The translations under genes and the position numbers were made by a program. A stretch of 64,000 bases of DNA from the human T2T-CHM13v2.0 reference genome, Homo sapiens, in NCBI RefSeq assembly GCF_009914755.1, contig NC_060936.1. The stretch is one strand, 5' to 3'. Below are positions 17,413 through 28,325 of this stretch, piece after piece. How positions within the stretch are numbered: the first letter of the stretch is position 1; every line of letters begins with the position of its first letter. Below the pieces are notes generated by a model. That model did no database searches and was not told the origin of the DNA. It saw only the letters and a program-made list of their open reading frames with translations.

Positions 17413-18430
17413 TTACAATTTGGCATGATTTTGCAGTGGCTGGTACCGGTTGTTCCTTTCCATGTTGAGTGCTTCCTTCAGGAACTCTTTTAGGGCAGGT
17501 CTGGTGGTGACAAAATCTCTCAGCATTTGCTTGTCTGTAAAGTATTTTATTTCTCCTTCACTTATGAAGCTTAGTTTGGCTGGGTATGAAATTCTGGGTT
17601 GAAAATTCTTTTCTTTAAGAATGTTGAATATTGGCCCCCACTCTCTTCTAGCTTGTAGAGTTTCTGCCAAGAGATCAGCTGTTAGTCTGATGGGCTTCCC
17701 TTTGTGGGTAACCCAACCTTTCTCTCTGGCTGCCCTTAGCATTTTTTCCTTCATTTCAGCTTTGCTGAATCTGACAATTATGTGTCTTGGGGTTGCTCTT
17801 CTGGAGGAATATCTTTCTAGTGTTCTCTGTATTTCCTGAATTTGAATGTTGGCCTGCCTTGCTAGATTGGGGAAGTTCTCCTGGATAATATCCTGCAGAG
17901 TGTTTTCCAACTTGGTTCCATTCTCCCCTTCAATTTCAGGTACACCAGTCAGACGTAGATTTGGTCTTTTCACATAGTCCCATATTTCTTGGAGGCTTTG
18001 TTCACTTCTTTTTATTCTTTTTTCTCTAAACTTCTCCTCTCACTTCATTTCATTCATTTGGTCTTCCATCGCTGATACCCTTTCTTCCAGTTGATCAAAT
18101 CAGCCACTGAGGCTTGTGCACTCATCACATAGTTCTTGTGCTGTGGTTTTCAGCTCCATGAGGTCCTTTAAGGACTTCCCTGCATTGTTTATTCTAGTTA
18201 TCTATTCATCTAATATTTTTTCAAGGTTTTTAACTTCTTTGCCATTGGTTCGAACTTCCTCCTTTAGCTCAGAGTAGTTTGATTGTCTGAAGCCTTCTTC
18301 TCTCAACTTGTCAAAGTCATTCTCCATCCAGCTTTGTTCAGTTGCTGGTGAGGAGCTGCATTCCTTTGGAGGAGGAGAGGCGCTCTAATTTTTAGAGTTT
18401 CCAGTTTTTCTTCTCTGTTTTTTTCCCCAT
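17413..18430 (-). pseudogene. L1 ORF1p, disrupted
   Basis: The C-terminal 186 aa are open (KRPNLRL...ARREWG...YPAKLSF...QNHAKL*). An extra A after ATGGGG shifts the frame at the start. Confidence 0.93.
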
Positions 18431-19003
18431 CTTTGTGGTTTTATCTACCTTTGGTCTTTGATGGTGACATACAGATGGGTTTTTGGTGTGGATGTCCTTT
18501 CTGTTTCTTAGTTTTCCTTCTAACAGTCAGGACCCTCAGCTGCAGGTCTGTTGGAGTCTGCTGGAGGTCCACTCCAGACCCTGTTTGCCTGGGTATCAGC
18601 AGCAGAGGCTGCAGAACAGCAGATATTGGTGAACAGCAATTGTTGCTGCCTGATCGTTCCTCTGGAAGTTTTGTCTCAGAGGAGTACCCGGCCATGTGAG
18701 GTGTCAGTCTGCCCCTACTGGGGGGTGCCTCCCAGTTAGGCTACTCAGGGATCAGGGACCCACTAGAAGAGGCAGTCTGTCCATTCTCAGATCTCCAGCT
18801 GCATGCTGGGAGAACCACTACTCTCTTCAAGGCTGTCAGACAGGGACATATAAGTCTGCAGAGATTTCTCCTGCCTTTTGTTTGGCTATTCCCTGCCCCC
18901 CAGAGGTGGAGTCTACAGAGGCAGGCAGGCCTCCTTGAGCTGTGGTGGGCTCCACCCAGTTCGAGCTTCCCAGACGCTTTGTTTACCTACTCAAGCCTTG
19001 GCA

Positions 19004-19135
19004 ATGGTGGGCGCCCCTCTACCAGCCTTGCTGCCTCCTTGCAGTTTGATCTCAGACTGCTGTGCTAGCAGTGAGCAAGGCTCCGTGGGTGTAGGACCGT
19101 CTGAGCCAGGCGCGGGATCTAATGCACCACAATAA
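19004..19135 (+). other. Truncated L1 antisense ORF0 homolog (43 aa) running into flanking DNA
   Basis: MVGAPLPALLPPCSLISDCCASSEQGSVGVGPSEPG matches the recalled ORF0 N-terminus. It ends in flank-derived APQ*. Confidence 0.7.
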
Positions 19136-19615
19136 AACATCAAATAGCAAACTTAGGCTTTAATAAGGTAATAATTAAATCAAATTTAAATGGTTACATA
19201 TACCAATTAATATACAGATATTAGAAAAGTTGATCAAAACGTGTAGAGCAAGAATATATTGTCTGGAAGTAACCCAATTCAATTATATTTGAAAATTTAT
19301 TAAAAAGCAGATTTTAAATGTTTTCACTGCAAAAAAGTATGCGAGGTGTTATATTTGTTGATCAGCTCGATTTAATTACTCTGCAATGTAAACGTATATT
19401 ATAAAATCACATTGTAACATAAATATATACAATTATTTTTCAATCAAAAATGAAATTTAAAATATAAAAATATAAGCAGTTTGAAAGTAAGAGAGTAGAA
19501 CAAACATGTAATGCACACTATCTGACATTAATATAGCAAATCCTGCTTCCTTTTGATTGTCTGCATTTAAGGGCAAATAAAATTACCAAAGACAAAAGGG
19601 ATATTATATAATGAC
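19124..19615 (+). mobile_element. Old L1 ORF2 start (endonuclease), with an L1MA 3' end inserted at ~19290-19470
   Basis: aattaccaaagacaaaagggatattatataatga. The L1MA-type tail is gcagattttaaatgttttcac...gtatgcgaggtg...aaatatatacaatt. Confidence 0.6.
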
Positions 19616-21590
19616 ATCAGCACTATTTTCTGAAAATCCTATCTTTCCTCATGGAATCACCTGGTTTCTTTGCAATATCAATCATAAATGTAAGGTTTTA
19701 TTTTGGGACTCTTAGTTCTGTTCCATTGACCTGCAGGCTTATCATTATCCTAGGACTTGAATGGATAGGTTACATTTTGCTTTTTCCATTCATCTTTTGA
19801 TGGACATATTTTTTTATTCTTTGGCTATGACAAATAATGATGCTTTGAATATTAATGTGCAAGTATTAGTGTGAATGTATATTTTCATTTTTCTTGTGTA
19901 TATAACTAGGAGTGAATTGCTGGGTCATAGGGCAACTATATTTAACTTTCTTTGGAATTTCCAGGCTGTTTTTCAAAGTGAATGCACCATTTAACATTCC
20001 AGTAAGCAAAACATGAGGGTTTCAATTTCTTCATATTCTTGTCAGCACTTGTTATTATCTGTGTTTTCCTATATAGCCAATCTAGTGGGTAAGAAGTAGT
20101 ACCTCACAGTAAATTTTTCTTCTCCCTAATGACTTGTTGAGCATCTTTTCATGTGCTTATTAGGCATTTGTATATTTTCTTTGGTTAAGTATTTATTGAA
20201 ATTATTTTTTCATTTAAAAAAGATCAGTTTGTGTTCTAAGTGTTTATTACATCTTTTAGATAGAAGTCCTTTAACAGATATGTTATTTGCAAATATATTC
20301 TCTCAGATTGTAACTTTTCATATCGTCTTTTGAAGCATGCAAGTTTTATATTTCAGAATTTAATTAATTAATTATAGACCTTTTTTCTCATTTGCACATC
20401 ATGCTTTTGGTGTTTTATCTAAGAACTATGCTTCATCCAAGATTATGAAGATGTTTCTGTGAGTTTTCTTCTGACAGTGAAACAACTTTAGTTTTACATT
20501 TAGGTATATTATCTTTTATAATTCATTTTTGTAGGTGCTGTAAGTTAAGAGTTAAATTCACATTTTTGCATGTACACATTCAATATCAGCATGTCTAGAA
20601 GACTGATTTTTACTCATGATTTAGCTTGACACCTTTGTCAAATAATAACCAATCATAAATGTAAGGGTTTATTTGTGGATTCTCAATTACTTTCCATTAG
20701 TCTGTATGATTACCATTATTCTAACACAACACTGTCTTGATTACTGCAGCTCTACACAATATTTTAAGTCAGAAAGTATAGTCTTTCAGCTTTTTTATTT
20801 TTTAAATTGTTCTGGCTATTTTAGGTCTTTTTGCATTTCCAAGTAAATTTCAAGGTTATTTTGGCAATTTCTGCCAGAAAGTATACTGAGATTGTGATAT
20901 AAATTGCTTTTAACCTACTATAAATCAATTTGGTGAAAATCGCCATCTTATAAATATTGAGTCCTCCTATACAGAAAAATGTATTGTCTCTGTTTTTAAG
21001 TCTTCTTTAATATCACTTACAAATGTACTGTAGTTTTCAGTGTATAGATCTTGAGTATACTTTGTTAAATTCATTCCTAAGCATTTTATTCTATATAATG
21101 TTACACTGAATGAAGTTACTCTCAATCTCATTTTTGTAGAGTTCATTGCTACTATATAAAAGTACAATTAATTTTTGTATGTTGCTTACATCCCACTACA
21201 TTGATGAAATAATTTATTATTTCTGTTATTCTATTACTATTGTTCTAGTAGTTCTTGTATACAACTTTAGATTTTCTATGTACAGAATTATATCATTTGC
21301 AGATAAAGGCAGATGTATCTTTTCCTTTCTGATTTGAATGTCTTTTTTTTTATTGCCAAATTATACTGACTGGAAGCTATAGTAAAATGGTAAATAGATG
21401 TATAAAGGCTGGGGATCTTTGCCTTTTTCTATCCTTAGAGGGAAAAATTACCAGTAAGTATAATGCTAGTTGTACATTTTTCAAAGATGACCTTCATCAG
21501 GTGGAATAAATTTATTTCTACTCCAAGTTTATTGATAGTATTTCATCATGAGTGAGTGGTGGGTTTTGTCACACGATTTTTGTGCATCTA
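19616..21590 (-). mobile_element. Old L1 (L1MB/MC-like) ORF2 fragments
   Basis: Antisense ORF2 motifs (gaattgctgggtcatagg; gttgagcatcttttcatgtgcttatt; tttgttaaattcattcctaagcatttt). Confidence 0.8.
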
Positions 21591-22040
21591 ATGTAATAGA
21601 GAAAAGTTGTTCAGAAAATGGAAACTTTTCTGCATATGAGAGAGTTCTAATTGGTAGATAACTTTTAAAATGTATCTGTAAAGAGATGAAATGCCATTGA
21701 AAATGACAAATCCAAACTAATAATTAGAATTAAAATTAGTAATATGAATGGCTGAATACGTACTTATGCGTATTTGGTGATAGTCTGAATTAATCGTTTG
21801 AAAAGAGTAGGAACGTGGCGTGAATTTGTGTTTGAAATATTATAAAGTAGAAGAGACATGACTTTTTACTAGTCACCGTATGATAATCGCTTAACATATC
21901 AAGAACAGGCAATATGACAGACATATATGATGATAGAAAAATACTCATTATTAGACAAAGGAGGAAAGTACAGATACATCAAAAATACAAAGGGGCAAAA
22001 AACCTCAATCCCATTGGAAGATTGCAAAGGGATCTCTTTC

Positions 22041-22346
22041 TTTTTTTGTTGTTTTTTTATTATTATACTTTAAGTTCTAGGGCACATGTGCACAAAGTGC
22101 AGGTTTGTTACATATGTATACATGTGCCATGTTTGTGTGGTGCCCCCATTAACTCGTCATTTACGTTAGGTATATCTCCTAATGCTATCCCTCCCCCCTC
22201 CCCCCACCCCACGACAGGCCCCGGTGTGTGATGTTCCCCATCCTGTGTCCAAGTGTTCTCATTGTTCGATTCCCACCTATGAGTGAGAACATGCGGTGTT
22301 TGGTTTTCTGTCCTTGCGACAGTTTGCTCAGAATGATTTGGATGAA
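22041..22346 (-). mobile_element. 5'-truncated L1PA5-like 3' end with a 17-bp TSD
   Basis: Well-preserved L1PA 3' UTR. TSD gcaaagggatctctttc (22024-22040) / gcatagggatatctttc (22347-22363). Confidence 0.93.
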
Positions 22347-24589
22347 GCATAGGGATATCTTTCTAAACATTACACAGGTACACACCCACACCCACACACA
22401 TCTCTAAGTAAAGTATAAAATCAAAAAACTAGAGAAATTAGGTTATAAAACTCTGAAAATATATTAATAACTTGGACAAAAATACTAAAAGCAAAAAGTG
22501 AGAATATTACATAAAGTCAAAAAGAAAAAAAAGTATAAGCAGCAATATTTGATACTTTATATCTAAATTCTATGTGTTTCCCAAAATGACTTGAATGATA
22601 AATTAAAAAGAGAATATGGAAGGAGTGGACCAATGTAAGGCACATGTGTTTTTTTAATCTTTACGCTAAGTATTCATGGTACATACCTAGAGTGTGATTA
22701 TAAGGACAGGGCTAAGCTAGCAAGGTCTTACCAGGGCAGGCTAGAGAGCCCACAGGACTGGTACTAGAGGTCCAAGCTTTCTTAGGCAGAGAAATATCAT
22801 GAAGACTGCCTGGTCATTAGCTAGACTAAGTACCTCTAGCTAGTTTCTAGATGTTCTAGGGAGATTTAGTAAAGCTGGATACTTTGTTTTCAAATCAGCA
22901 ACTATGAAGGCAGCACGTCCTGGTAGCTCAGAAGCCAACTGTAGACCTGGAAAGAACTCAGTACTAGTATTAAGTACACTTAAATAGATATGTGACCTAG
23001 ATGACTTACAGGATCATTTGTTGAGTCTTAGGTTTTCTTCAACCATAGAAGCATACGGTAGTTTTAAAAGTCGTAGGTATATTCAGAAAAGACAAACAAA
23101 TGTTGACAATGCAGACGACTTCTCAAACTCAACGTCACATATTGCATGATTTGGTTAGTCATTCATTCAAAGATTCTAGTCCTATCAGAGTAGGTGGGAA
23201 AATATTCTCATCATCCTTATTACATTTTTATGTGTTTAAGGATTCCTAGGGCTATTTAAAATCAAACCTAAAAGCAGCTATTTATTAATAAAGAATGTCA
23301 TATTCATCTCCACTTATGCTAACAATGAGTATCAACATCCTTATTTTCTTATTGATCCTAAAGAATTCCTTATTTCTCATGAACTTATCTATAGCCTGAT
23401 GATTTTAAAATATTTGCTTTATATATCTTAAGTTCATTGTATTTATTCATGTGACTATGGTTTTATGGCAAGTAATGCTGGATTTCTGTGGATGAGGGTT
23501 ATATGTATTTTGTTTTTAAATAAATGTAGTGTGATGAATGTAAATAAATGTAAAGAAAAATTTGGTAAAAAGTATAGCTTATAAGTAAGATGAATATGGA
23601 TAGATATGGCAACATTTTTGAAGATAATATGCTGACTGACTTATGTTTGGGAAGCAATAACAATGTAAAATTAAAGAAAAGAAAAGCAGTAATAACATAA
23701 AATAATGTTGAGATAAACACAGATAAAGAAGTTTTCTGCCTTAAGTAGAAATAAGGTACATTGAAGAATATATAACGATAAAAGCTAACACACACATTCA
23801 TACACATACACATATAATACTCTTTAATTAACAACATAGCTTTAATATATTTCCGTATCCAAACTTAAAAATCTGTATCTCTGTTTACCCTCTTCAGACT
23901 TCAGGTGCAGAAAGTTGAGTTAATCATATTCCTCAGTTAATGGCGTGGTATCTTCATTGGTATGTCAAGGCATTTACATTTTTAAAATATCTTACCCGAT
24001 ATTTTCAGTTTTTATTAAATCACTACCATACCCCAATAACACTCGAATATATTTTAAAATATCCCTTGGATATGTATACAGTTTATGTGAAATAAATAGC
24101 TTTATGTTCCTGTATGTGATTGTACTTATTTCTATGTAATTTACCAATGAAAATTATATTCTTAAATAATTTTGATATATACTTGTACTTTGAAGTCTCC
24201 AAATAGAGAAATATTTTTGAGTGTTTGTCTCCTTGCACTATATTTTTTGAAGTCAATTAGTTTATAGAAGCCACAGTCTCTTAATGCAAATTTGCTTTTA
24301 AGCGAAAATATGTACTGCACACAATCTAAAACAGTGTTTTAAAGCAGTTAAAGTGATAACATTTAAATCAGTGTAGGCTGTAAATTTTAATTTTATCCTA
24401 TAATTATTCTTTTTTAAAATTTATGTATGTTCAGTATGTATTACTTAAAAATTTATCATAGAAAATCTCTTTGTATTTTTACAGTATAACATAAAATGTG
24501 GGTATATTAACATTACTGTTTCACATAAGCAAATTATTAACTAAATTATTAAGAAATCATATTTATATTTTTCTTAGTAAGTCACTGGC

Positions 24590-24820
24590 TCTAGATTCTA
24601 GATTTTGAAGCATAGGTCACAAACTTTAGCCTATTGCAATTTGGTCTGGTGAACTGATTTTCCTTTATCAAATGTTTAAACTGGAAAAAAACACCTAATG
24701 TCTTTCAGCATTAATTTTTCCATTTCAAAATATGGGGAAGCAATAATACTTTCCTCACAGAACTGTGAAGAGATTGTAATGATGCCTAACACACAGTAGG
24801 AGCAAAACAAGTGACAAATA
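24590..24820 (+). mobile_element. MIR fragment
   Basis: aaaatatggggaagcaataatacttcctcacag...tgtgaagag...tgcctaacacacagtagg. Confidence 0.55.
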
Positions 24821-26044
24821 TGTTATAATGTTGAAGACTACATGATCATTTGCTTGCAAATGTGCAAATGCTATGTTTATTATTTTTCTTTATATTTCTT
24901 CATTTAATGGGAGACGTTATGGTCAAGGACAGATTAAAATCTTTCTCAGTTTTACTTTTTCCTCACTCACACCTAAGTTCCTATTAGAACTTTTAGTCAT
25001 TTCACATTTTTAATTTTAATATATAAGAACTCTTTCCATTATCTTAAAATTATAAGGGACTTGTCCAATCACTACACAATCTCAGGGCTTATGTTAATCT
25101 GAGTCAAATGATGAAGTTAAGAAAAATTACAACTTAAAATTATTAGAGATAGAGAAATAACAATTATCCGAACATTTGTGAATTATAATTGTAACTAATG
25201 CCTCACATTGGAGCTCCTATTTTTCAATAGTTTATCCTTTATTTGTAAATTAGACATTATTCTGACAAGAATATTATCCCATATTTTACAGGGGATAAAA
25301 TTTTAATAGAAGTAAGATATGCCAAAAACAAATTACACTAATTTGTTTCCAGAATATCATGTGGATCAGGCATAAAAAAACACAACCTTTGCCATTACTA
25401 CTACACACAAGACGCTGTAACCATATGTGTAATTATGTCAGATTGTCACAGAAACATTATCTAACATTAAGAAGAGTGACAGTCTGCAACATCTTAGAGG
25501 TGTCATTCCCTGAGATGGGGTATTTTCTTCGTTAGAGCCTGGTAGCTATGTATAATAGGAGTCAACAACCAGTGATTTTATATCTGTTACAATTAATCAA
25601 AAGATTGAAATAATTAAACATATATTTAAATAAAATCAGGAATGCTATGTTCTAGTTAATTAAGTTTCTGGCAAATAATTGAAAACATTAAAAAGAGATT
25701 GGAAATTATATGAAAAATAAAATAGCTGAGATTAACTCAGTAGATTGTTTTAACAGTCATTAGAAATAACTAGAGAATTATTAATTTATAATGTACCAAT
25801 TGAAGCATGAAGGAACAAGAAAATGTATAGTACAAAAACAGTGCAAAAAACATAACATAAACTATGAAGAGATCTATAATTGCATGTAATTTATACCTCA
25901 AAAAGAAAGTTGAAACAAATGAAGGCAAAATTTAAAGAGATAAGGGTCAAAATTTTACAAAACAAATGAAATGTGTCAAGCACTGATTCAAGAAACTCTA
26001 AGAAGCTAAAGAAAATCACACAAAGGCACATTACATAAAACTAC

Positions 26045-28325
26045 ATGGATGGTTCAATATGCAAAAGTCAATAAATGTGATATATCACATCAACACAATG
26101 AAGGACAAAAACCATATGATCATCTCAATAAATGCTGAAAAAAATAACAAAATTCCACATCCTTTTATAATTTAAAAAAACTCTCAACAAATTAGGTATA
26201 CAAAAAATGTATCTCAACACAATAAAGGCCATATACGGCAAGCCACAGCTAACAGTATATAAAATGATAAAAAGTGAAAAGGTTTTTATCTAATATCAGG
26301 AACAAGACAAGGATACCCACTATCTCTACTCACCATAATAATATATCAGAAAAAAATAAGAAGTATCCAAATTGGAAGAAAAGAAGTTAAATTGTCTCTG
26401 TTTGCAAATGCATAATCTTATATGTAAAATACCCTAAAGAATCCACCAAAAGTTGTTAAAACTGATAAATGATTCAATAGCATTGTGGGATACAAAATCA
26501 GCATACAAAAATCATTAGGTTTTCTGTAGACTAAAAATTGACTACCTGTAAAAGAAGTCAAGAAAATCCTAGTAATTATTCTTAAGTATTTTGCTGATTT
26601 TGCAGGGTTTCTAAATCCTGAAAAATCAATAATATTTGAAAAATCCTACATTTTAAAAATCCTGCAAAATCAGCAAAATGCTTAGGAATAAATTTAACCA
26701 AGGAAGTGAAAGATCTGCACATTTAAAACATAAAACTTTGAAAGAAATTGAAGAAGATACAAATAAATAGAAACACATGCCATGTTCATTCATAAACTTA
26801 ACTAATATTGTCAAAATGGGCATACTACCTGAAATGATTTACAGACTTAATGTAATCCCCACCAAAAGGCAATGGCAGTCTTCTCAGAAATAGAGTAAAT
26901 GATCCTAAAACTTATATAGAACCACTAAAGCATCCAAATAGCCAGAGCAATCTTGAGCAAAAAGAACAAAGCTGGAGGCATAACACTACCTGACTTCAAA
27001 ATACACTACAAATCTGTAGTAACCCAAATAGCATGATACTGCCACAAAAACAGACACATAGACCAATGGAACAGGATAGCAAGCCCAGAAAATATCCATG
27101 CTTTTATGGTCCCTTGATTTTTCAAGGCAGATGCCAGGAACATTCAATGAGGAAAGGATATGTATTATCTTTAACACTTGATATTGGGAAAAGGATACTT
27201 ATTCTCTTTAATACTTGATATTAGGAAAGCTCGATATCCACATGCAGAAGAATGAAATTGGACCCTTATTTCACATCATATAGAAAAATCAGCTAAAAAT
27301 GAATTAAAGATTGAGGATAATATTTGAATATGTGAAACTGCTAGAAGACTACATAGGGGAAAACTCCATGATATAGGTCAGGGCAATGATTTTTAGTATA
27401 TGACCCCAAAAGCACAGGTAACAAAAACAAATATGGACCAATGGTATTACATTAAATTTATTACAATTTTTTTTGCCACAGGAAACAAAACAGAATGAAG
27501 AGGCAGCTCATGGAATGGGGGAAAATATTTGCAAACCACATATCTGATAAGGGGTTAATAGCCAAAATGTATAATAAATAACTTAGTTGCAAGAAAATAA
27601 ACAGATTTTAAACAGGGCAAAGAACCTGAATATACATTTTTTCAAAGAACACATACAAACGGCCAACAGATATATGAAAAGATGCTCAACATTACTAATC
27701 ATCAGGAAAATGCAAGTTAAAATTACAGAGATATCCTCTGACACCTGAGATACCAATTCACACCTTGCTATTACCAAAATAAGAAAATATAACAAGTGTT
27801 GGCTAGGATGTGGAGAAGCAGGAATCCTTGCACATTGTTGTGGCGAGTGGAAATTAGGAGAACCATTTATGGGAAACAGTGCGAAGGGTCCTCAAAAAAT
27901 TAAAACTAGAACTAATATATGATCCACAACCCTACTACTGGCTATATAACCAAAGGTAACAAAATTTGTATGTTGAAGAGACACCTGTACTCTCATGTTC
28001 ACTTCAGCATTATTCACAATAGCAAAAGCTGGCGTTGAGGGATATTGGGGTGACAGAGGATACAAAATTTCAGCTAAGCAGAGGGAATGAGCTCAAGATA
28101 TCTGTTATTCAACATAGTAACTATAGTTAATAACAATGTTTTGTATTATACTTGAAAATTGCTAAAAGAGTAGCTTTTAACTGTTTTCTCCACAAATAAA
28201 TATGTGAGGTAATACATATGTTAAATAGTTTGATTTAGTCACTCTTCAATGTATACATATTTTTAAGCCTTATGTTGTATACCATAATTTTATACATTTT
28301 TATTTGTTGAATCAATAAATTTAAA
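26045..28325 (+). mobile_element. L1MA4/5-like LINE-1 (ORF2 3' half plus 3' UTR with an internal deletion near 28030), inserted in an older L1 ORF1 remnant (~25690-26040 and 28330-28600)
   Basis: agcaaaaagaacaaagctggaggcataacactacctgacttcaaa; 3' end ggatacaaaatttcag...ctatagttaataacaatg...gaaaattgctaa...tatgtgaggtaata. Confidence 0.85.
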
